Below the pieces are notes generated by a model. That model was not told the origin of the DNA and searched no databases. It saw nothing but the letters and a program-made list of their open reading frames with translations. The position numbers and the translations under genes are program-made. Shown here piece after piece: positions 8,290 to 16,253 of a stretch of DNA of 32,000 bases. Location: assembly GCF_030693775.1 (NCBI RefSeq), contig NZ_JAUXZY010000002.1, positions 93,361 through 125,360 of the forward strand. The letters are read 5' to 3'. The DNA comes from Polynucleobacter sp. (GTDB lineage: Bacteria; Pseudomonadota; Gammaproteobacteria; Burkholderiales; Burkholderiaceae). Positions within the stretch are counted from its first letter, which is position 1, and every line of letters starts with the position of its first letter.

Positions 8290-9282
8290 TTAATAATCAT
8301 AAATTGGATCAAAATTGCTCTGCTTAGCAATATGCTGATATGCGCGGTCTACAGCCTGGGTTAAATCTACAAATAACGCCTTTAATTTTGCATCAAAAAG
8401 ATTGATGTTTATTTCTCCAGTATGTACAAGCTGATTTCGATCGTTAACAATATTCTCTATAAGATCAAATAGACTTTCTTTTCTACCTCTATACGGCTTA
8501 CGTAAAATTGCGGCAATATCAATTTTAGAATCGACATATCCAAAATTTTTTGCAATTATGCTTGGACGTTGGAATGAAAAAGATTCCGCTATTAATCTTT
8601 CCGCTTGTAGGCTGCCCGCAATCAATTGCTCAAATTCAACATGGCCAAGCTTTGCTTGCTTTAGTGCGGACTCTCTTTTCCGAGAGTAGCGCAAACAAGC
8701 AGTAAAAGTTGCTCGGAAATATTCTTCCCATGCCGCTATTAAATAGGGAACCAACATATTATTTGATAATAAGCGTGGATTTAATTCATCTATAAAAGGA
8801 AGTCCCGAAGGCACATCTTTTGCTAAGTCACCACCTAGGTTACGATGCTGCAGATAAAGCTCAGCTCGCTGAAGATTGTTGTGAAACCTCCAACGAGCAA
8901 GATAACAACCGGAGGACAACGGTGAAGGTGCTGCTCCATTTGGACGCCAATAGCGATTTTTGCCTGCATCACTTTCAAAATGACCGCCAAATAGATCCCT
9001 CAATAACTTCAAAGTTCTATTTTGCTGCAAAAGATCCCAATAACTTCTCGAAACTCTTGATCTTGTGAAAATCTTAATTGGACCTTTTCTTGTTTTATAT
9101 ACCTCCAACTCAACACCCGTCCAAGAGCGATAATCCTTTTCATCAAACCAGTAATAGCTTGCGATTTGATTGGGCGCTTTGAAAGCATTTTTAACTTTTT
9201 TATACCCAAGTAATTCAGTAATGTCTCTAACTTGAGGAAGGGTTGCTGATAATTTAAGAATGCTAATAGAGGTATAGCTCAT
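8290..9282 (-). CDS. Protein with C-terminal HEPN-like domain (RNxxxH) and unknown N-terminal domain
   Basis: 330 aa. The C-terminal ~150 aa is helical and contains VNDRNQLVHTG (R282...H287, nt 8422-8439). This is the RNxxxH form of the HEPN Rx4-6H ribonuclease signature, followed by about 40 aa of helix. The N-terminal ~170 aa has no recognisable motif. Confidence 0.75.
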   Translation of the reverse strand: MSYTSISILKLSATLPQVRDITELLGYKKVKNAFKAPNQIASYYWFDEKDYRSWTGVELEVYKTRKGPIKIFTRSRVSRSYWDLLQQNRTLKLLRDLFGGHFESDAGKNRYWRPNGAAPSPLSSGCYLARWRFHNNLQRAELYLQHRNLGGDLAKDVPSGLPFIDELNPRLLSNNMLVPYLIAAWEEYFRATFTACLRYSRKRESALKQAKLGHVEFEQLIAGSLQAERLIAESFSFQRPSIIAKNFGYVDSKIDIAAILRKPYRGRKESLFDLIENIVNDRNQLVHTGEININLFDAKLKALFVDLTQAVDRAYQHIAKQSNFDPIYDY

Positions 9283-9368
9283 AGATCAGTACAAGGTAAT
9301 CATTGGTTGCGCTATAGCAAGCATACAACCAACTCATGCTTTAGATTTGAATCATCAAAATCTTTCTG

Positions 9369-9809
9369 TTAACGCCTAAATCCACTACGCAATCCAGCAC
9401 TAGCTGTCTCAATCTGCTCATCGAGCTCTCCCGCCTCTACAGCTGCTTTAATAGATTCCAGGGCTTTGATTAAAGCCTCTCCACTAGCTACTTCAACACT
9501 GGGCTTGCCTTTGGCTAGCTCAAGCGTCCAGCTGCCATATTTCACGGCGACACAGACTTTCCCTTCTTCACTTTGAAACCACCAGGGTTTAATCCGCTTA
9601 GGCACTTCAACCTGCTTGCGTATCCCTGTTTCACGATCTTTAACAGTTTTGTATTTCATGACTACAAATGGTGTTCCATTTAGCTGACTTTTTGCTAGCT
9701 GGATCTGCTCCCACAGCTTGGATCCCAGCTTATTCCTACGTATAACAATTACTGGCATATTACGAGGCTTTTTGACTGCGACTAGTTTGAGATGACTTAA
9801 TTGGCTCAT
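9369..9809 (-). CDS. Hypothetical protein (146 aa), first gene of the minus-strand cargo operon
   Basis: Strong SD (AGGAGA 6 nt upstream). Basic N-terminal half and a C-terminal helix (EALIKALESIKAAVEAGELDEQIE). It sits next to the AGTTGC repeat region, so a DNA-binding or regulatory role is possible but unproven. Confidence 0.75.
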   Translation of the reverse strand: MSQLSHLKLVAVKKPRNMPVIVIRRNKLGSKLWEQIQLAKSQLNGTPFVVMKYKTVKDRETGIRKQVEVPKRIKPWWFQSEEGKVCVAVKYGSWTLELAKGKPSVEVASGEALIKALESIKAAVEAGELDEQIETASAGLRSGFRR

Positions 9810-9963
9810 TTAATTCTCCTATGTAGTTAATGGGCTCATTAAGTGTGTTTTCGGTATGGAGTTTTGGTCGACCTCTTTTTTCCTAATTAGAAAATCGGCT
9901 CATTTTGGACATAAAAAATACGGTTTTTATTAACAAGGGCTAAATATTTACGAGTCGCGTAAT

Positions 9964-10115
9964 GAGTTGCATTGAGATGCGACTAAGAAATAAGTTGCAG
10001 TTGCAAATAGGAGTTGCTTTAGTTGCTGTATTTGGGACAAATGAGTAGCTCTGAACAGCAACTCAAGCAACAGCAACTATCTTTTGTCTCTGCTACTCCC
10101 TGCATCTCAAGCAAC
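9964..10115. promoter_or_regulatory. Divergent control region with inverted arrays of AGTTGC hexamers
   Basis: AGTTGC occurs at 9965, 9993, 9999, 10012 and 10021. The complement GCAAC(T) occurs at 10058, 10067, 10073 and 10111. The outer arms GTTGCATTGAGATGC (9966-9980) and GCATCTCAAGCAAC (10102-10115) form an imperfect inverted repeat. Confidence 0.6.
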
Positions 10116-10150
10116 ACCGCGACTCCTTTCAACATTCAAGGAGATTAAAA

Positions 10151-10684
10151 ATGAAAGAAATCACAGCCCGCTTATGGGAAAACAAAATGTATGGAACAAC
10201 CTTCGGCAAAGGTCAATATCGCAAAGCCATCTACAACGGCACATTAGAAATCCCCAGTCCCTATGCCAAGTATTTAGTAGATTTTGAGGAAGTTGAAGCA
10301 TGGTTCCACTTTCCAAAGAGTCCAGTGCATGTGGAAATGGCCAATCGCCTCAAGAACATCCCCACAAATGAAGACGGAGTATTAATGAGCTGGATATATC
10401 GCTATGAAGCTGGGATCAAAAGCGCAGTTGAAGGCTATGCGTCTTTGGATATGAACTACAGCAGAATTTATATTGAAATTAAAGATTCAGGGCACGGAAT
10501 AAAGGATTACTGGGAATTGCCTATCCGCAGCTGTATTGCCAGAATTCCCGGCAAACCCACTCCAGCACTAATAGCTACTACACAGTCTGAGCTAAATTCA
10601 CCTCAAAAACCGTCTACAAATGGCGTGTTTGCCGGGGGATATAAGCAAGCACTTGAGAACCTACAAAAATACGCTGTCCAGTGA
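10151..10684 (+). CDS. Hypothetical protein (177 aa)
   Basis: ATG with AAGGAG 8 nt upstream. No recognised domain. Confidence 0.75.
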   Translation: MKEITARLWENKMYGTTFGKGQYRKAIYNGTLEIPSPYAKYLVDFEEVEAWFHFPKSPVHVEMANRLKNIPTNEDGVLMSWIYRYEAGIKSAVEGYASLDMNYSRIYIEIKDSGHGIKDYWELPIRSCIARIPGKPTPALIATTQSELNSPQKPSTNGVFAGGYKQALENLQKYAVQ

Positions 10685-10772
10685 TTTGAGGTGTTAGCTA
10701 GCTTCGTGGGGTTTTGTCGTCTAAATCCCACGATATTTAGAAGATTTAGCTAAATACTTATAGAAAGAATCA

Positions 10773-10800
10773 GGCTAAGAATATTCACATATTCTTAGCC
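10773..10800. repeat. Perfect 12-bp hairpin (possible terminator or protein-binding site)
   Basis: GGCTAAGAATAT-TCAC-ATATTCTTAGCC. It lies 89 nt downstream of the 177-aa gene. No T-run follows, so it is not a canonical intrinsic terminator. Confidence 0.4.
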
Positions 10801-10936
10801 CAGTCTTGTAAGTCATTGATTCTTGGAAGGTCTTTTTGTCTTGTTACACGACACTTAGTAAACAAACTGAGGTCGACCTTTTCCCGTTAAGGAAACATAC
10901 TTAAAACGCACATTTTATTTATGACAGGAAAACCAA

Positions 10937-11503
10937 ATGGCACAAGCAAAAACCTTATCTCAAGCCGAACTTGATCAAGTTCTAGACTACGTCAGCACCA
11001 AAAAATATGCTTTGCGTGATCGCGCAATCATTCTTACCAGTTTTCTCGCAGGCCTTCGCGTTGCGGAGATCGCATCTTTAACCATGGGAGACGTAGTGAA
11101 CCCCGATGGCACCATTAAAAACGAGATTCGACTATCGGCAGCGCAGACCAAAGGCAAATACCCCAGAACCGTATTTGTTTCTCAGCGACTACAAACAGAG
11201 TTGGCCAACTACTTAACAACAAGACACGCCAAAGGCGCTGATATTCCCTTCTTTCATACCGATCATCGCTTACGCTTTAGCCCCAATGGCTTATGCGTAT
11301 GGTTTCATCAGCTGTACAAGAATGTGGGAATTAGCGGCGGTAGTAGCCACTCGGGAAGAAAATTTTTCATCACAACTTTGGCTAATAAAGGCATCGGCGT
11401 GCGAATCTTAGCCAGTCTTGCTGGTCACAGATCGATTGCCGTAACGCAAAGATATATCGATGTGAATGATGAACAAAAGAGAAATGCTGTGGAGCTTATC
11501 TAA
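10937..11503 (+). CDS. Short tyrosine recombinase (catalytic domain only, 188 aa)
   Basis: Catalytic signature residues in order: R (LAGLRVAEI), K (TKGKYPRTV), HxxR (SHSGRKFF), H (AGHRSIAVT), Y (QRYIDV). There is no N-terminal core-binding (SAM-like) domain. Confidence 0.85.
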   Translation: MAQAKTLSQAELDQVLDYVSTKKYALRDRAIILTSFLAGLRVAEIASLTMGDVVNPDGTIKNEIRLSAAQTKGKYPRTVFVSQRLQTELANYLTTRHAKGADIPFFHTDHRLRFSPNGLCVWFHQLYKNVGISGGSSHSGRKFFITTLANKGIGVRILASLAGHRSIAVTQRYIDVNDEQKRNAVELI

Positions 11504-11517
11504 TATAAAGTAAGGCA

Positions 11518-12051
11518 TTACTCTAAATTGAGTGATGTCTTATCTTCGGCAACACGTTGCTTAACCGATTTTTCTTCGAAATCATCCAAGAAAGCGGTTT
11601 GACGTAAGCGATATTCAATGGTGGGCATTGAAAGTAAATCAGCTTTTAAGCCCTCTTTAATCCAAATGCGATCCCTAATTTCACCCCGGGCATATTTGGA
11701 GATTGCAGCGTCATTTAACTCAAGAAATAACGCCCGCACATTGCCAAAGTCGTGAACCACAAAGCGGTCCTCCCAGCTATCAGGCAGCGTTGGTAAGTCT
11801 GGACTGGCTGCATCTACGTAATAACCGAATTCATCTTCAAACGCACTACCTTGACCAATAATCGCAGCAATCTCACCTGCGCGAGCTGGATCATCTTTTG
11901 GATACATATCGACATCAATAGATCTAACCATCTCATCTGGAGGAGGAACTTCAAGACCCAGGGCGGTCAGGCTACCAATAATGACGTAGTCAGTGTGATT
12001 GGTAATCTTTTTAGCTTCAGTTAATACGTGATGAATATGATTCAGATTCAA
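11518..12051 (-). CDS. Nucleotidyltransferase-fold protein (MNT/DUF6036-like), TA-type
   Basis: 177 aa. Pol-beta NTase motif IIGS...(x22)...SIDVDMY. The apparent start is TTG, overlapping the TGA stop of the upstream 110-aa ORF. Confidence 0.75.
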   Translation of the reverse strand: MNLNHIHHVLTEAKKITNHTDYVIIGSLTALGLEVPPPDEMVRSIDVDMYPKDDPARAGEIAAIIGQGSAFEDEFGYYVDAASPDLPTLPDSWEDRFVVHDFGNVRALFLELNDAAISKYARGEIRDRIWIKEGLKADLLSMPTIEYRLRQTAFLDDFEEKSVKQRVAEDKTSLNLE

Positions 12052-12380
12052 CGAACTTCTTTCATCAGAAAGCTAAATGGGGAATTTTGTGCAAGCGCAT
12101 GTGCCTGAGGAGCGTCACCACAAACCTCTTGCTCCATTTCGGACGGGTCGGCATTTATCAATCTTCTCCAGGAGTCAATGTAAAAACGACTACATAACTC
12201 TTTTTCCTCCCACATCCGAATACGAACTTCAGCTTGATGTACTACATCATTACGACGATCAGATCGAAGTAATATCAGAGCGTGACGATGCAACCTACCA
12301 AGTTTTTCGTACTTCTCAGCATCAGCTTTGCGTGCTAAAACACGCATGGAGAGGGAAAGATTAGGTTTAACGCTTTGCAT
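12048..12380 (-). CDS. Hypothetical small partner of the nucleotidyltransferase (110 aa)
   Basis: Translationally coupled to the NTase gene. Contains DRRNDVVHQ, an RNxxxH-like string placed too near the N-terminus for a canonical HEPN fold. The antisense ORF 12077-12364 is less likely given the coupling. Confidence 0.55.
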   Translation of the reverse strand: MQSVKPNLSLSMRVLARKADAEKYEKLGRLHRHALILLRSDRRNDVVHQAEVRIRMWEEKELCSRFYIDSWRRLINADPSEMEQEVCGDAPQAHALAQNSPFSFLMKEVR

Positions 12381-12399
12381 GGCTTAAGTATATATAGGA

Positions 12400-12452
12400 G
12401 CTAAAAGAAGAGCAAGATCGGCTAAAAGACCTAAAAATCTGCTTGTTTTAGC
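12400..12452. promoter_or_regulatory. Candidate operator upstream of the TA-like pair (GCTAAAA repeats)
   Basis: GCTAAAAG at 12400 and 12421, CTAAAAA at 12431, and the inverted copy TTTTAGC at 12446. All lie within 75 nt upstream of the 12380 start. Confidence 0.3.
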
Positions 12453-12879
12453 AAAAATCAAGTTATTTCCGCCAAGTAAAAACTAGTTCACATCCCTATC
12501 GTCGATCTTATAAAGCAATGCCTTATGAGTTCTTAATCGATATTCAAAAAGCCATAATCTCCTAGTAAAAATATCTCTATAAACCGGCCGGATTTTCGAG
12601 CTAATTTGTTGCTGTCTTCTTAGTCAAATTTCAATATCATTTTTATTAAATTTCTTCAAACAGAGTTTTTTGATGATTTTTTCTCAAAATTAAAATTGCC
12701 CTACAAGCCCCTGTTCATGAGGCTTTGATTTTTCGGAATTTTCTGTCAAGGAAATAAAACAACGCGGTGATTTGTTCGAAAAATCCCAAAAATATACAGT
12801 GACTCCATCAACACAAAAAGTTTCATCAGCACTTTCGCTAAAACGTGTTGGTAATTTTATAACTTGAAGGAGCAACACC

Positions 12880-13656
12880 ATGAGAATCACAGCAAATCAG
12901 AAGCATGAAATCGCTAGCGCGACATTGGTAAAACTCGATGCACTAGCAAACCGTCGTCAAGTCTGGCAACGGGACTTTTACGACAAATCCAATAAGGGTC
13001 TTTATGCCCTTCTCTCAGAGTGTCTTGGTATGTATTACGAGATCAAGGGTAGCCCTGCTGAGAAGGTTGTATTAGAAGGCATTAAAGCCAACCTAGAAGG
13101 TCGTGGCATCAAAGTACAAGCCAGCACTCCAGTACTAACCTTGATCGTCAAGTACGTGTTTAATGCCGAGCGTCGCAGAGCAAGCGCCTATTCACGTGCA
13201 TTACGAGTGGCAGCCAAAGAAGCGGTATCTGTTGGCAATTTTGCCGAATGGGTAACCAAAGTAGGCGGCGTTGAGGAAGTGGCCAGCACCAAGGGCATTA
13301 CTGATGAAACTATCAAAAAACGTAGTCAGCTTGATAACAAGGTGTCAGAGGTTAAGCAATTGCTTGTTAGCCAGCTGCAACACCCCTTAGCGTTGGTGCC
13401 AAAAACTGCCTTAGCCCACCCAGCCGACTCTGCTGAGTACACCTTGTTAATTGGCAAGATGCTAGCTAGCGGTCAAACGCAGGTCTTAAGCGTTGTTCCG
13501 GGTTCGTCTGGCGCCATGATTGAGCAGGCGATTCGCAAGATCGCGCAAGAATTGCTCAACAAGGTCGAGGAGCATGTCAAAGCCCAGGCAGAACTCGCAG
13601 CGCAAGCGGCGATTACTGAAGCAGCCAATCAAGCCTTCTTTAAAGAAATGGCTTAA
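12880..13656 (+). CDS. Hypothetical protein (258 aa) with C-terminal coiled coil
   Basis: AAGGAG SD. The C-terminus is Ala/Gln/Glu-rich and helical. No enzymatic motif. Confidence 0.8.
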   Translation: MRITANQKHEIASATLVKLDALANRRQVWQRDFYDKSNKGLYALLSECLGMYYEIKGSPAEKVVLEGIKANLEGRGIKVQASTPVLTLIVKYVFNAERRRASAYSRALRVAAKEAVSVGNFAEWVTKVGGVEEVASTKGITDETIKKRSQLDNKVSEVKQLLVSQLQHPLALVPKTALAHPADSAEYTLLIGKMLASGQTQVLSVVPGSSGAMIEQAIRKIAQELLNKVEEHVKAQAELAAQAAITEAANQAFFKEMA

Positions 13657-13731
13657 GCCTTTGCAAGCCTTGACAGGGGTGTAGCACTTACTGGCTCACC
13701 CCTGCTTTTACCCAATCAGAAAGGAATTACC

Positions 13732-14445
13732 ATGAGCTTCGCACTCAAATACGCCCCAACTCGTCTCGATGATGTAGTTATAGGCAGCCAAACCCTTAAA
13801 AATAGGCTATCTGACTACATCAACGATCGCGACTTAAAGCCCCTCATCCTTCACGGCGGGGTTGGAACTGGGAAAACTACCATTGCCAATTTATTGCCTG
13901 ATGCCATCGAAAGTAAAAAGGCAGAAGTTACCCGTCTTAAAGCGGTGGAATTTAATTCCATCAATGATGTCATACAGGCGTTTGGTGATCAAACTATGTT
14001 TTATCAGGTGTTTACGATCAATGATCAAAAACGCAACTACATCATTTCTAATGAAATTAACTTCACCCCCAAAGCAGCAATAGCTTTTAGAGATGTAATC
14101 GATGACATGATCGGTCATACCCAGTTCATCTTTACAACGAACTACATCGATCAAGTCGACATTGCCTTACGTGATCGCAGCAACTGCTTGGCTGTGCCTC
14201 CAGTAACAGCAAAAGACTGGCTTTCCCGAGCACAGTGGATCTTGCAGCAAGAAGGTATTGCCCTACCAGATGATCAGCTACTCAAAGTCCTATCAGCGCA
14301 ATTACAAATAAGCTCTAGCAATCGTAAATTATTGGAGCGTCTTGAAGACTTTGTTAGATCGGTACGAAATCCTCCAAGCAATCCTGGCGGAATTATTGAG
14401 CTGGCACCTATCCCAGAGCCGATTAACCCCTTGATGGCTGCTTGA
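13732..14445 (+). CDS. Clamp-loader (RFC/DnaX/delta-prime)-like AAA+ protein with degenerate Walker B
   Basis: 237 aa. N-terminal KYAPTRLDDVVIG resembles the KYRP..l.d..G opening of clamp-loader subunits. Walker A is GGVGTGKTT. The Walker B position reads IISNEIN instead of hhhhDE(A/x)D. The SRC-like position reads LRDRSN. The C-terminal collar domain is absent. Confidence 0.8.
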   Translation: MSFALKYAPTRLDDVVIGSQTLKNRLSDYINDRDLKPLILHGGVGTGKTTIANLLPDAIESKKAEVTRLKAVEFNSINDVIQAFGDQTMFYQVFTINDQKRNYIISNEINFTPKAAIAFRDVIDDMIGHTQFIFTTNYIDQVDIALRDRSNCLAVPPVTAKDWLSRAQWILQQEGIALPDDQLLKVLSAQLQISSSNRKLLERLEDFVRSVRNPPSNPGGIIELAPIPEPINPLMAA

Positions 14446-14491
14446 CCACACCAGTACTAGCCCTAGTGGCTAGTACTTATAAGGAATTAAT

Positions 14492-15040
14492 ATGCGCTAC
14501 CCAAGAACAGTCTTTGTTTTTGACACTCCAAACCATGGCATAGATCAAGAATACTTTCAGATGATTAGCTCATCTTCACAGAAGATCTATATACGCGGGC
14601 ATTCAAAACCAATTGGGACAATTGATTCTGAGCTTGATGCCATCAAAATTTTGGATGGGTATCTCAACTTTACCGGCCCAAATCGATCCTATATGGTCAT
14701 CGGCAATCTAAAGCATGTCGAATTTATTGCCACTAGCCTGGCTGATAAAGATTGCTCCATCTATTGGCTCATGAATAAGAATTCAGCTTTATGCATTCGC
14801 GCAGCTTTAAGTGCCTTACTTGATCTTCATGAAATGGAAGCCTTATTTAACGAGGCGCTTTACTACTACACTAAATCCAGAGATCGGTATCAAGCATTAT
14901 CCGATTCCAGGCACATATCAAACGATGATTTTCCCCAGCTTATTGCGGACATCATCAATGGAGGAAAACAGGTTGAGCTACGGGCAGATATTGAAAGTTT
15001 TTTATGCGAAGAATTGCATATCGGGAAGTTTGAGATCTAA
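14492..15040 (+). CDS. Hypothetical protein (182 aa)
   Basis: AAGGA SD. Its 3' end overlaps the convergent integrase stop by 4 nt. No motif. Confidence 0.7.
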   Translation: MRYPRTVFVFDTPNHGIDQEYFQMISSSSQKIYIRGHSKPIGTIDSELDAIKILDGYLNFTGPNRSYMVIGNLKHVEFIATSLADKDCSIYWLMNKNSALCIRAALSALLDLHEMEALFNEALYYYTKSRDRYQALSDSRHISNDDFPQLIADIINGGKQVELRADIESFLCEELHIGKFEI

Positions 15041-16251
15041 GCCAACTTAGCGGCTGCCATCATTGGGGTCAGTTTTGAGTAATGACGCTCAATCATTAAT
15101 GTCGAGGTACCCATTTGCCTAGCTAGGGTGTGTATATCAATACCTTCAGCTAGTGCAAATGTGGCATAGGTATGGCGTAGGCTATACAGGCTACGATTAC
15201 GCCCCGCTACATCTTTGAGTAAATTACATTCTTTTAAGAGATTCTCAAACTGAGGATTAAAGTTATAGGGCTGAACCCCTCTTGGGAAAGTAAATATCAG
15301 ACGATCTAACCTGGCCTCAATGACTTCATTAAGGTCTTTATATGGCAATTGATGCCAAGCAATTAATCTTTCCAAGCAATCCACTACCAAATTTTTAGCA
15401 ATTAAATATCGAGGTCCTGTTTTACCGGAAAGCCAAACCTTAAGATACCGCTGATCGCCAATCCAATGCCATTGCAAATGCTTCCAGCGCATGGGCTTTA
15501 GCTCGGTTCCGGGCCTAGCTCCTGTGTAAAGCAAGAATTCGACATAGGAGCGACATAGTTGCCTCATCTCCTTGGTGCGAGATGATCTGCCAACCTTTTC
15601 CCAGCTAGGCATATAGCCCAATAATTGAGCGATCTCTTCCTTACTAAAGGCGGGTCTTGCTTGACTGGGAGAGCCATGGGGATCCAATAAAGGCACCCGA
15701 TAACTATCGGCAATGAGGTTTTGCTCTCTTGCTAGAGCAACTACCCGGTTATAGGTCGTAGCATGGGTGCGTTTTGTACTTGCCTGGGGATCTCTACCCA
15801 TCTGTGATGAGCGCCAAGATTCAAAATCCTTAACCAGCTCTGGGGTGATTTCCTTTAGCTGGAATTTTCCAAAAAATGGAATGAGGTATTTATTGAGGAC
15901 AAATTTGTAATCCTTAAAGATGGCTTTGCCATTACCTTCTTTATTGGCAACGTCCATCACCACGAGATCTTCTTCAGCTAACTGCTTAAATGACTTGGAT
16001 TTGAGGCTCAATTCCTGACTAATCTTAGCCATGGTCTGCTCATAAAGCGCTATAGAGGCATGCTTGGCCTCTTCAAGATCCGCCTGGCCAGTGCTCATGG
16101 AGTGCCACTGACAATTGGGCAACCTAAAGCGGCATTGCCATTGATTGCTGCCTGATCGCTTAAAGAGACTTACTAAACCTCGGTGGAGGTGAATTACATC
16201 AGCAGACTGGGATGCACTAGATTTGAAGAAAAGCTGGTTTAGATTTTGCAC
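15037..16251 (-). CDS. Tyrosine-type site-specific integrase
   Basis: 404 aa with a GTG start. Catalytic motifs: LYTGARPGTEL (Arg I), LRHTYATFAL (HxxR), and IERHYSKL (nucleophile Tyr). The N-terminal WQCRFRL region is an arm-binding type. The gene abuts the 23-nt repeat. Confidence 0.92.
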   Translation of the reverse strand: MQNLNQLFFKSSASQSADVIHLHRGLVSLFKRSGSNQWQCRFRLPNCQWHSMSTGQADLEEAKHASIALYEQTMAKISQELSLKSKSFKQLAEEDLVVMDVANKEGNGKAIFKDYKFVLNKYLIPFFGKFQLKEITPELVKDFESWRSSQMGRDPQASTKRTHATTYNRVVALAREQNLIADSYRVPLLDPHGSPSQARPAFSKEEIAQLLGYMPSWEKVGRSSRTKEMRQLCRSYVEFLLYTGARPGTELKPMRWKHLQWHWIGDQRYLKVWLSGKTGPRYLIAKNLVVDCLERLIAWHQLPYKDLNEVIEARLDRLIFTFPRGVQPYNFNPQFENLLKECNLLKDVAGRNRSLYSLRHTYATFALAEGIDIHTLARQMGTSTLMIERHYSKLTPMMAAAKLA

Positions 16252-16253
16252 TC

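Noticed and set aside
8820-9209. ORFs 8820-9068(+) and 9009-9209(-) within the HEPN-motif gene
   Set aside because: Shadow and out-of-frame ORFs inside a 330-aa ORF with coherent composition.
12690-12890. 66-aa minus-strand ORF in the AT-rich gap
   Set aside because: It has no SD and an odd composition. It overlaps the SD-supported start of the 258-aa gene, so it is most likely a chance ORF.
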